Under the pieces are notes generated by a model. The model had not been told where the DNA came from. It searched no databases and worked only from the letters and a program-made list of their open reading frames with translations. A stretch of DNA of 64,000 nucleotides from Trichoplax adhaerens. Lineage: Eukaryota > Animalia > Placozoa. Positions 26,201 through 38,156 of the stretch are shown in pieces. The position numbers and the translations under genes were made by a program. The stretch spans positions 2,751,172-2,815,171 of the forward strand of contig NW_002060945.1 in assembly GCF_000150275.1 (NCBI RefSeq). Reading direction: 5' to 3'. How positions within the stretch are numbered: position 1 is the stretch's first letter; each line of letters starts with the position of its first letter.

Positions 26201-29200
26201 GGACTTCTGAAATTTCAAAGCTGTAAGCTATTATGCTTTTTTTTGAATAGTCTTATTAAATTCATTAAAATTTCTTACCTTTAGTTTACTACCTTACTAC
26301 TATTACTCTTTGTTTTGTTTGCAGAGTTAGAAACGAGACTATTACGAGCTCTCAAGAAGTACAAGATACTGAGGTTAACATAAATTACTTGCTATTTTGC
26401 TATTGTTATAGCATTATTGCGATTAAGTAGTTGTCGTATAGCTGCTATATCTTTATTTTATTAGCATTGATTTAAAATTTATTACATTAATATACAAACA
26501 GAGTAATGCAGGTTCAAGTCCAGCTACAGATGAACGTAGCCATTCGGAAGTTACAAGAAGAACTACTGCTCGTCAGAGAAGAGAGAGTAGACGTTCTACT
26601 CAAGCTGTAACAAAGGATCAAATTGCTCAATTGCTTTCGACGGAAAATGAACAAGAACAGCCTGCTGAAAGTGAGACCGCCAAGAAAGATAGTGATGCGT
26701 CTGATAAGGTTCAAAATGATTTAGCAACGAAATCGCACAGGCGTACTGACAATAAAATAGATACAACTACAAAAGTCGACAACAAGGCAAAGGATGATGA
26801 TAATAAACTATCGCCGAAATTGTTAGAAAATTCATCGAGTTCTCGAACTGAGAGTAAAAGAGAGCTTAAGAGTAACGATAAAACAAGTGCTTCTACTAAT
26901 TCAGATACTTCCTCGGAAAGATTTCGGCTACGTAATAGATCAAAAGTACCAGAGGAAGGTGATACGTCGCCAAGAAACGATAAAGAGCAATCGAGTACAC
27001 TTAAACCAACGGAGTCCACCAAAAACAAATATATATCTAGAGCTGATAGTAAAGATACCTTAACTACTTCCGAAATATCTGAACCTAGAAAAGATAAATA
27101 CATGTCTAGAATTGATAGTAGAGACAGCTTGAATACATCTAAGCCATCAGAACCTAGCAAAGATAGGGATAAAACTGGTCGCTATTGGCGCGATCGAGGG
27201 AAAGACAAAGATGAAAATTCATCTGTCAGTAATCTTAGAAGTCGTTTCAATCAGAGTGATAGTGACTCTAGTAGGAAAGGTCGCACTACTGGAAAGTCTG
27301 ATTCAAACGATTTTAGTAGTCTAAGGTCTCGATTTACTGACAAAAAAGATGATGCATCATCGACGTCATCGTCATCGTCTACATCATCGTTTGGTAATCT
27401 TCGATCCCGTTTCTCCGGTAGTAATTCTTCAAATGATACTTCTGATTCAATTGCTAATAGACGTTCACGTCTTCTAGAAAAAAATCAACCTAGCCTAAAA
27501 GAGAAAGAATCTGTAACTGGCCGAAAATATCGGTTAAGTGCCTCAGATCAAAATGTTGAAGGAGACAACTCAATTACCGCTAAGAAATCTAAACTCTTTG
27601 GTAATACAGATAGCAGTAAAACTCAGGAAAATATGTCCCATAGCGTCTCAGATGGTAACGTAGCATTAAGTGGTGATACTGGAAAATCTAAACTTCAAGA
27701 TAAAGATAGGCCTGTAAGTAAACTGAGTGGATTTTACTTTTTAATTGATGGCAATAAATAGGCCTTGTTGTATTTCTTAATTTTTAAATTCTATCATGGA
27801 TTAATTAACTACTTCGATTAGATAATATGATTAATTTTTATTGCATTCGATTGTTTTACTGTAATCTTATTAGGCAACAGCACGTTCGGCAGTAACCGAT
27901 AAATATGAAAGTAGTAATGACAGTAAGACTAAACTATTGGGAGACAGAAAATTAAACTTTAGAAGAGACAATGATGAACAAGACAAACCTAAATTGGACT
28001 TTAGAAGGGATACACCACGGGATCGATCCGATTTGAAGAAAAGTGAATTGCATGATAGTAAAGGAAAAACTCACCCTTTTAAGCCAGAGAGGCAAGTTAG
28101 TTTTACAATTGATGAGTCAGCTAGCGATAACAGTAAGGCTGATGCTGCCCTTGAGAAAGAAAGTACATCTGCTACTAAAACTGGTGATGCTCTAACTCCA
28201 AAATTAAATGACTCCAATGCCCAACTGACACCGAAAAGCGTAAAAATGTCCCATAACGACTCTCTGCTAGATCCTAAATCTGCTGAAGACAGCATTAATA
28301 AAGGAGATGATCAATCTTCTGGCAGAAAGAAGCGTCGGACACGAGATAAAAGAAGGGTAACTGGTGCTGTATTTAATAGGGACTTTTTGGAGGTAAATCC
28401 GTGGTTTCATTATAATGTTTGAAGTACTTTACTTTGCAGTATTTAAAAATCTTAGAACATAACTTACATGCGGAACCGTGAAAGCGTTCGTTGTCATGAA
28501 AAATTTAATATTTCCGTTGCTAGAGTGATGAAGACAAAGATAGCGAGAAGAACAATAGCGTAATTAATTCAGAAACAAATCTGGTATGTTCTACATTATA
28601 CTCCTTTTTCGTCTATTTTGCTTGGAAAAGTTTCGAGGTTAATATTGTTTTGTTAATGTATGCGTCATTAGGTCCCAAGTGAATCCTTATCTGGTGATTC
28701 ATCGATAGAAAAGACGAAGGTTTTAAATTAAGCAGTAGCATTATTAATATATATTATTAATGTATCGATTTTAATTATTTTAAATATGAATCATTTTCCA
28801 CGAATTAGTTAATTGATGAACAAAAAGACGAAATTAGAAAATTAAATGACTTATGTCAGTCATTGCAACTGGAATTAAACGATTACAAAGTCAAGTTAGA
28901 AAAGATGACTCAGGTTGGGTATTTTCTATTCAAGCCTATAATCAAACTTAGTACTTTCTTGGTGATATACGTATTGTTTACTGTTAAATTTTGTATGTAT
29001 TTTTAAATTTATTATGAGATAAAAATTATTATTAAAATGATTAATTCTCTATTAACTAAATCTATTATATTGTATTGTATAGCAATGTGAAAATCTACAA
29101 AAGTCTATTTCTGAAAATGATTCATCTCGTAAAGATGAGAAGAACGTAAGTAGGATATTCCATACGGTCTGTTTTATCGATTTTATTAACGTCTTTCCCA

Positions 29201-30033
29201 ACATGTTACTCAAATGCATGAAAACTTTTAAAATCAGGCTACGGAGAAGTTAAAACTAAAATTAGTAACGGCAGATAGAAATTTGAAAAGGGAAAAAGAG
29301 GTATAGCTACATAGTGGAATATTCCTATTAATCACAATATATGTTAAAGTTTGCGATACTTCCTAAAATAGACTGCAGAAGAGTTAAGACTAAAGATGAC
29401 AACGGCTGATAGAAATTTAAGAAAAGAAAAAGAGGTAGAGCACTTTAAATGAATAACATACTATGCAGCGGCTAAACTGTCAATTTCCTTATTTGCATCA
29501 CCGTAGCTTGTATTTATATGTTATTTCTGCTGTAGTCTAACAGGGAACTTGAAAGAAGTTATCAGGACCTTAAAGAGGTAAAACAGATGACTCTAAGTTT
29601 TATTCTTTGTTCTGTGTTAACTTAGATTCTCTTTTTTGTTAAAATAGCGTCATAAAGACTTGGAGAAACGACTGCAACATGAAAAAGATGTAATATTATT
29701 CTTGTGAAAAATTTCAACACTTTTATCTTAGATTAATGTTGCCGTTTTCCTAAATTTAGATCAATAAAGAACTTGCTAAAAAATCATCTGGTTCTGGTGC
29801 TTCAATTGAGGTATATACGATAATAGCTTAGCTATTCCTAGCGGAAAATTTTTCTGAAAGTTGTATAAGATTATCCTATATTTTGTAAGTATCTGATTTA
29901 ATATATATTAAACTAAATTATTTACATTATTATTATACAGGAACTCGAAACTTTAAGAAATGATAATAAGAGAATGAAAGATGAGAATAGTGCGCTAATC
30001 CGGGTTATTAGCAAGCTTTCTCCCGCAAAATAA
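20219..30033 (+). CDS. PPP1R12A: Protein phosphatase 1 regulatory subunit 12 (MYPT family, myosin phosphatase targeting subunit)
   Basis: Exon 1 (20219-20476) has the MyPhoNE motif RMEQLKEW, the RVxF motif KIKF and DGLTALHQ; after a 4.3 kb intron come ankyrin exons (EGWTPLIAA, GATALHVASAKGYKEV, FEGWTPLHAAAHWEQ); RRESRRSTQAVT; RDKRRVTG; terminal leucine zipper LRNDNKRMKDENSALIRVISKLS; TAA at 30031-30033. Likely co-ortholog of vertebrate PPP1R12A/B/C. Confidence 0.95.
20695..20985 (+). repeat. Near-identical tandem duplication (145 + 146 bp) in PPP1R12 intron 1
   Basis: atcaaatgacaagtagaacaaggtcttgacaag...ccaccaatgcgc.ttgatgg at 20695-20839 and 20840-20985, with only a few differences. Confidence 0.95.
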
Positions 30034-32603
30034 AAATTTTTTTGTCATTTTACAGTATCCATGCCTACATCAATATCTTAGTTATATGTTATTTGTCATT
30101 TGGATGGCGCTCGAATAGTGTCATCTATCCTTGGTTGTCTTGTTTTAACCGCCCGTTGATCTGTGGTTTAGAGTTTAACATTTTTGTAGATCAAAAAATT
30201 TGTAGTCATCTATGTGGGATAGCTTATTGAATGCCATGTCTGTCAAATAATTAACAAATGTGAAACTAGTTTACTGTCATACATGATGAATTTCATAAGG
30301 ATACATTTATCAAGATCTGACTAACCTGTATTAACAGAGAGAAAAAGGAAATGTATAGGGACAATTGAAAATTGCAATGTTATGGTTGGCTATATAAATC
30401 ATTTATAATTTTTTATGTTAATCACAGGTTTACTGTATTATAATAATGTATTACTTACTATTTTATAATATTTCCGTTATTGTCAGAGCGTGATAGCGTT
30501 TGTTGCTTTGGGCAACAATTGGATTGCGATATACTATTGAATAGTTTTGTATTATACAATCGCCAACTATTACAATACAATGATCGAACGCGCGATTAGA
30601 ATATCTAATTGACTTTGTAAAAAGGATAACGATTTTGTAATGATTGTTATTTTAAATTCTATTAACATCCGTACGTTTACTGATATCTGTTGACGCGATA
30701 TTTTTTATCCATTTGCGCTAAACAGTTTTCAATTAGCGTATCGTAGACTTTGGTAGACAATCTCTCACTGCCTATACTAATGGGTACGATTTGATCATGT
30801 ACCATAGTTTTAGCATTATGGTAGCGGCTCAATATTGTAACTAATTACTCTGCATTTTATATCAAAAAAGTTTTTGAAATTTTGGGAGAACGTATTACTT
30901 TTGTTATAATGCTACTAGAGTCTTTTTATATATATATATATGTACTTGACAACATTTGCCCTGACAAAGAAATAAAAAATTTGATTTCTTATAAATTTGA
31001 AGAGGAACCCATTACAATTGTTTCATTTATTGATTAAGAGGTATAGATTTTGTAGAACTATTAACAATTTAATGTTTTATTGTAGTAAGATGGAAAATGT
31101 ATTGATTGATGGTAAGATATGTATCGTGTCAGTAAGCTGAAGCTTTTCAGTTAGCCATGGTAGAGATCAAGTTGGTACGATAAATATCTAGCACAATATA
31201 TACTCGTATTAAAGGATGGGTGTAATAGAGTATGACAATTAGACGAAACGATACACAGTGTGGACAGTGGCTGATATTATGATACGTGAAGCCAAAGTTA
31301 TGCAAATAATGTAGCTCTTTTTGCGAGTATATAGCCCAAGGAGATCTGCTCTAACTTAAGTGTATAAAGATTACTGCTTTTAAGTTGATCAAATTCTGTA
31401 ATCCGCTTATTCGCTATAAATTTGCTTGAAATCGGTCTCAATTTAGATTGTTTTATGTTTACGTGAGTATTCATATACAGTACATGAAGCTGAGTGTATA
31501 ATTAAAAGTGTTGTCAGCTTATTTGTTTTAAGAATATTGTAAAAATGGATTCGTTAATTGCATCTTTCAATTAAAGATAAAAATTTAGTTGCAATACATT
31601 GAATATCATTGTACAGGTTCAAAAGTCAGATAATACAGCATGTCCTATTCTATGTAACTATAGGATTGAACGATTGTTCTACCTTATATCGGTAAACTTA
31701 TCATACTGTAGGGTACATTATGAAACTCAGCTGAATCCAAGTATTGGGCAATAGTTAATATTACCATTATAAAGGAGCATAAAATATTGAGAAAGAATAG
31801 AGGACTCTATGTACATTATGTCAATGTCAGATTCTAGGACATTTCCTATTCATGTCTCTTTTACTATAACACATGTATGACTTATACTAACAAGCTGTTA
31901 GAGATATAGTACGACATGTATGTCGTACCAATTGAATATATTTGTTCATGTACTTGTATGCTTGCACTAATCAATATTTCAATTCCGATATTTCGTTAAA
32001 CATTAAATGCTTGAGCCCTGTCATCTATGGTATCAATGTGAATATGATTTTCTTCACCAGAAAGTATAGCGTACGGCACTAATAAATTCTATGGAAACTT
32101 TGGTAGCTCTACCTATGTTACAGTGTTCGCAGATCCTTGTATAATTCCATTTTTGATAATATCTTCATGAGCAGCATATTTTTATATGCTTGTATAGTAT
32201 ATCTGCAAAGTGAATACTCCTATTTACATATATAAAATTGAGTACTTTTATCCCTGCATAATTTTTTTCAGATTTATTCTGATAGTATAATTAATCAGCG
32301 ATTTAATTCCATATAGTATCAATAAAATTTCATTGCACTGTAGGCCGCATACACTAGCCAGACAGTAAGCGAAACAAGCATTTAGTGTTGCTTATAGATA
32401 TAAAAATTATAACTACATTAAATTTCAGCAAAAGAGATAAATGATACATTTTGTCGGCAAGATATATGGTAACATCTGTGTAATATTTCCAACGGTCAAA
32501 AATTAGTAAGCTTACTCCACATTTCTTGCGATCCAAAGGCATTCGTAACCTTGTTTTAGGAACAGTCATCTTATACGATAAGAATAAGGATAACATGTTT
32601 GAA

Positions 32604-34633
32604 TCATTGCTCCTTCTTTTGTTCTTGCAATTTCTTCGGATCCCCTCCAAGCTCAAGATATAAATCAGGATATCGCTTGGGTACCTACAGTAGATATATG
32701 TTATACTCTCCTAAGTATTCTATTTAAGAGATATACAGATACACATACTATATTATTGTAAGATCATCACGATGCAGCTAATTATATCGTAGACCATTTT
32801 ATAGAATAAAAAGAAAAGAGTACACAAATATAACCATGAACATACAGCATGTCTCTGAGTAACAGGGACATTTAGCCACCATGCGTAAGCAAATACACCA
32901 CCCAAGAGGCTAAGCATTAATACCAACTGTCCCAATGCTTGCCAACTGAAATGTTAAAGGAAAGCTTTTAATTGAAACATACCAATAGGTAGGGATGAGT
33001 TCTTGATAAGATTCTATGATTATTACAACTTAACGAAAGTATCTAACTATAGTCTCCGTATTGGAAATGGATTAAAGGCAATCTTTTATCTATCAAATCT
33101 CTAGCTTCATTCAAGATCTGTTTACTGCAGTATTGATATAATAATTTACCGTCTGACTTTATGAGCATCATTGACAGAAATTAATCAGTAGATAATTCCA
33201 ATTCAGTTAATAATCAAGAATTGAATTATCGAAAATGTTATTCCAATTTACATACACGGTATAACGATCTTGTTGATAGACTTCATCCACCATCCACATT
33301 GTTAAGAGATCATCGTCCTCATGTAACTACATTGTATAACATCAACACGTCAAAACGTAGCAATAATTGAAGCCCATTCAGAAATTGCGTTGTTAAAATC
33401 TATGGTATTCATCTACTTGTAGTATTCAACACTAAATACATTTCTGATAGAATTGGTTACAAAAGGTATATAACGGAATTCCGTAAACCGGCTTATACTG
33501 GACTATCTTAAATCGTAAGTATATCGTTAGTGTATATCGTATAATGCTGTCGATTAGACTTTTGGTAGTTGAAAAAATCTTTTGCAGCAATAAGCTATTA
33601 CGTGCACCTCTATACTGTAGTAGCAGGATAAAGATGAATACGTTATTACAGTTCCATGCAATAGATGTACCATTTCTCAGCCTAGTTATGAAGATAAGCT
33701 GTAGCAAGATAAAATTTTCAATCCACTTACAGGTGTCTCTTTATCTCTTCTGTCTTGCTCGTCCCAATATCCTGTAGGAGGCAAGCGTTGTGCTGATATC
33801 CGCTCTACCTTGGGATAGCTTTCTAAATCGTAGGCTATGTATTCTTTGGGTCTTCGATTGACAATACTAGAACTAATAGGTGCTACCATCCAAATAATAT
33901 TCCGTTAATCAATGTTTTACCGATAATACTATGAATAATATCATCATCTAATAAAATACGGAGAATTACTGTATGGTTGTTCAGGAAAGTCTGACTGTCG
34001 ACTGTTGATGTTACTTATGAGCAGAGCAATGTTGTGTTTGAAACTTATTCAGTACAGTAATCTATTCTATATTACAACAGAATTACAACATACATCGAGT
34101 GACAATCACTATTTGCAATTACAATCCTTGAAAGTTTGTTTTCAAGCAATAGAGCAGAATCTATCTAGGGAAACGAAGCAGGCCTACAGTACTTTACGTC
34201 CAAGTAAACGAAACTCGAAACGAAGTTTTAAATAATTTTAATACAGCTATTTTTTTAATCGTTTGCAAGCGTCGAAACAGGTCAATATCGTTACTTAAAG
34301 AGTAACAAGGTCGAAAGAATATTGGATCAACTATCGCATGCAATAAAAAAAGAATTATTTAATATTCATGACAGAGTGTTAAATGAACGCAAGGTGTTTC
34401 TTCATCAAGCGCCATGATGAATACTAATAAAGCAGACAGACTGGAAGCCAATATGGTGGCTGTGCCCTCTTTATGCAGTCGGTGCGCTGTATCATTGATA
34501 ACGAACGGTTATAACCTATAACAAATACTATCACAAGGCAAGACTTACCAGATCTTGCAACCATAGGCGAAATACCGCGCATATAGCGCAATATTGAAGC
34601 ACTTTGGCGTAAAGATGCTCGGAGAGGCAACAT
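32604..34633 (-). CDS. NDUFB8: NADH dehydrogenase (ubiquinone) 1 beta subcomplex subunit 8 (ASHI); 5 exons
   Basis: Exons 34633-34549 (MLPLRASLRQSASILRYMRGISPMVARS, presequence-like), 33882-33731 (ESYPKVERISAQRLPPTGYWDEQDRRDKETP), 33326-33256 (LHEDDDLLTMW), about 32946-32847 (TM helix WQALGQLVLMLSLLGGVFAYAWW) and 32684-32604 (VPKRYPDLYLELGGDPKK). YP, WD, P(L/M)H and LYLExGGDP are NDUFB8 hallmarks. Confidence 0.88.
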
Positions 34634-34796
34634 TTTCCTATCGCTTTTCCTGGAAAAAAAACTGCCTTGGAGATTCAGCGTGAAAGCGGTTACACTAATA
34701 CAGCTGTATGGATCGTTTATTCTCTGCTGTTGGACATATGTATCGTATACACTAGTCGAGACCTTATATAAAAGCTGTTGCACACAACTGAGAACG

Positions 34797-35130
34797 TGGA
34801 GTACTAGTGTAAACAGTGGTACTACAATGTAGTACTAAAAATGAATGTCACCCATGGTAGCAGTTTCATGGTCCAACTAGTAGTATGATCTTTGGTAGTA
34901 ATGACATTACTTTTGCTTAGCGATTTACTGGGCTTTCGATCCTGTACGCAACCGCAACTGTATTGTACAGTGTACAGTATACAGTATGCGGTTTGGTAAT
35001 GTACTGTACATTGTACCGTATGTACTGTAGTATTGTACTGTTGTCCGTCCTATCCAAGAGAGTACACGATGCGTCTACACTGTACAGTACAGTACTGTCT
35101 AGCGTAGACTCTACAGTACGTACTGTACTG
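34797..35130. promoter_or_regulatory. Bidirectional promoter NDUFB8/NTMT1 rich in TACTG/CAGTA tracts
   Basis: ATGs are 636 bp apart head-to-head; the interval has tgtacagtgtacagtatacagta, gtactgtacattgtaccgtatgtactgtagtattgtactg, actgtacagtacagtactgt and tacagtacgtactgtactgta. Confidence 0.6.
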
Positions 35131-35268
35131 TATGCCTGAAGGTAAAGAGAGCAATTTACCGATAAAGTCGGACTTGAAAGTAGGAGTGAATTAATTAATA
35201 GAATTAATAGAAATTCCTGGCACATGCAAAGGCAGTTTAGGCATCATTGGTGAAGCTGCTCCAGCATA

Positions 35269-36952
35269 ATGGATTTGAAGTTGCAAAATGCAGAAATAGA
35301 AGATTCCGACAATTGGTATGAAATAGCTGATACCTACTGGCAGAATCAGCCTTCCACTGTCGATGGTATGCTGGGTGGCTTTGGAAAGATATCGAAGACA
35401 GATCTATTCGCTTCTCGACGATTTTTACTGGATACAATATCAGATTATAGTAAGGAGACCCAATTCAAGCAGGCATTAGATTGCGGCGCAGGTAAGGTGT
35501 TAATATATAATTTAGACGAAATTACTGATTTGCCACTGTATAGTTTCATAATTACTAATATGCCATTGGAAATTTCAGTAATTTACTAATATGCCATTAT
35601 AGTCATGACACGATCTACGCACTCTCAGTCCATGCTTATCACCATTTTTAACCTAATTTACAGTACAGTAACTGTACTAGCCTTATTACCGTACTATACC
35701 GTACGGTGCAGCTAATGGCTGCACTAAGGTACAGTACCGCACTGTCCGTACTACTGTACTGTACAGTACAGTAGTGTATAGAACGATTTACTGTACTTTA
35801 TACACTGTATATATACTCTAGTAACAGTACTTTGTATCATGATATACCACTACGCGTGCGCAATTACTGAAGTTTCCAGTGGCATATTAGTAAATACGAA
35901 AATATGCTGTGGCATATAAGTAATTTTGCCTATAATTTATTTAATGCATACTGTACTATCGGCAGCTAACAGTGTTGTCATCTGCCATTGATATACTGTA
36001 CATACGTGTATGTATATCTACGTGTCTACAACATAATATACAGTAGCTGTATGTTTGTGCATGTATGTTTTTACATATCTATATATACGGTGCATGTATA
36101 TTAGAGACTCGTATCCTAGGAACAATTATCTATATACATGTTCAGATTGATACAANATAGCTATGTACAGTACTTTATTGCATTGATGCAAACTTTATTG
36201 CAATGAAGCATACAATAGTTCGTGTTGTTACAGCCATGACAGGTTGAGCTAGCGTTAAGACATCGAGTCTTACCATGATTCTCAACATAGATTTAGCTTA
36301 TCTGAGCTACTTCTTGTTACTAATGACTGTGCACTGTACAATCATCACTCTATCATTTAGTTGCAATACCTTTCTACACTAGCAAGGTCACTGCGAATGA
36401 ATTACTGCATATCTTCTTAGATTCATATGTTGATCATTCGTTGAAGGAAACCATTACTAATTCTTTTTTGGCATATCTATCAAAGGTATAGGCAGGATAT
36501 CAAAAGGACTCTTATTAAAATGGTTTGAAGTCGTTGACTTGATTGATCAAAATGGCGAATTTCTTATTGAAGCTAAAAAATCTGCAGTATCCACCAAAGA
36601 TCATCGCGTCGGCGAATTATTTGCTTGTGGCTTACAGGATTTTACCCCGGAGCCTGCAAAATATGATGTGATATGGTGCCAATGGGTATTGGCCTATTTA
36701 ACGGATGATGATTTAATTGCATTTCTAGCACGATGCAAGAAAGGTTTAAACTCACATGGTTTAATATTTATTAAAGAAAATGTTACGTGTGGTATTGTTG
36801 AAGAAGTAGACTTACAGGATTCTAGTGTAACTAGAACTGAATTAGCAATGCAAAATATCTTTCATAAAGCAGGTTTAACGATATTAAGGCAGGAATTTCA
36901 GAAAAATTTTCCAAAAGGACTTTTTCCTGTAAAGATGTATGCTTTGATGTAG
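35269..36952 (+). CDS. NTMT1: Alpha N-terminal protein methyltransferase 1; 2 exons
   Basis: Exon 35269-35491 (WYEIADTYW...TVDGMLGGF..ISKTD...ALDCGAG) and exon 36486-36952 (IGRISKGLL...GLQDFTPEPAKYDVIWCQWVLAYLTDDDL...IKEN...DSSVTR...FPKGLFPVKMYAL). Confidence 0.97.
35515..35930. mobile_element. MITE-like element (about 416 bp) with about 70-bp imperfect TIRs in the NTMT1 intron
   Basis: Left gacgaaattactgatttgccactgtatagtttcataattactaatatgccattggaaatttcagtaatt versus reverse complement of right end ggcaaaattacttatatgccacagcatattttcgtatttactaatatgccactggaaacttcagtaatt; TA flanks both ends; no coding capacity. Confidence 0.8.
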
Positions 36953-38156
36953 ATCGACTGTGTATATGTTTACTGATGTGATAGGTCGCTGTACTAGCTG
37001 TCGCGTTATATTTAATAGCGCGTTCAATATTTAACAAATTGTAGATAGTAAAGCAGAGGTATGATCCATGAGTTATGCTAATTCGATTGTACTAACAATG
37101 GTATTTCTTGAAAGATATAATATATATCCTTTAAATCTTGTAAAAAAAACTAGTCGGCTCTAGAAGTTTTATACTACAATAAAATGAAATGAATGTTGTA
37201 CAGTATACGGTAGTTCAATATGGGCAAAATGAGTGACGGTAATTTACTGTTGTAATGTATAACAAAGAATGAAATACTGTATTTTACACTGGTATTAATA
37301 AATATTAATTGCAATTCACGTGTATAAATTGTAATATTCCATTCAGAATTTAAAATTGAGCTATTTTATCACACGACACAATCCGATAGTTTTCCTTGAC
37401 CGCAAGCTGGCGCATATACGTATGAGCTTTTCATTTTCATTGGAGGCATACGCGTATCGTGCTGATACTATATTACATATTTTACGTATAGAGTATATGC
37501 ACTCTATATTCTAAACTACAGTTTAGTACCTACTGTACTGTACTACAGTATATATATATATACTTAGATATTGTATTTGATATATCATAAAGTTTAGAAG
37601 AGATAGTTTACATCAAGGTCTATCGATCCTGATATGCAATTGTCTAGCTAATAACAATGATTTTAATCCTTAAATAATCGCCCGCCATTGACGAAAGCTT
37701 GCATGAGCTAAGCTGTCTTCCTTCTTAGATCCACTGCTGTCCGTTGTACAACAAGCTATGGAAGCCATAATCTAGACGTACAGATGTACAGACAAAAGTC
37801 GGGACCAAGTGCAGTGTAGTACGCACGCGCAAAGAAACGTCATCGTTTCGCCACGAGCACGCGCTGTCTCAGGGAATGTCATTTTTTTTTGTACAGGACG
37901 GTACCGTAGACCCTGATGGCGTTGAGTACTATTGTATACCGTTCACTTCTTCATAACTCATACAAATGTACTATCTTATAGTACACTTCTAAACACAGAC
38001 CCAACTGCTCCGATACCTTTTTCCCCATACGCCAGGCACTTTGGCACCCACTGCACGATCTAGTCTCGACCATCCATCTTTGTCCCTTTCGACGTGTCTG
38101 TTGCATCTTTTCGTTGTGGCTTCCATTGCCAGCGTGGCCGATAGAATTAGTTAGTC

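Noticed and set aside
26711-27160. 149-aa antisense ORF (also 28071-28295, 20197-20436, 1268-1492)
   Set aside because: These are shadow ORFs on the opposite strand of real exons, with no independent signal.
32000-32205. Protein-like broken frame on the minus strand (HEDIIKNGIIQGSANTV*...)
   Set aside because: It contains multiple stops and no recognisable family, so no call can be supported.
33686-33889. ORF-track start MVAPISSS as the start of the minus-strand gene
   Set aside because: The ATG overlaps a splice acceptor (ggtag|CACC); an upstream exon at 34633-34549 supplies an in-frame mitochondrial presequence.
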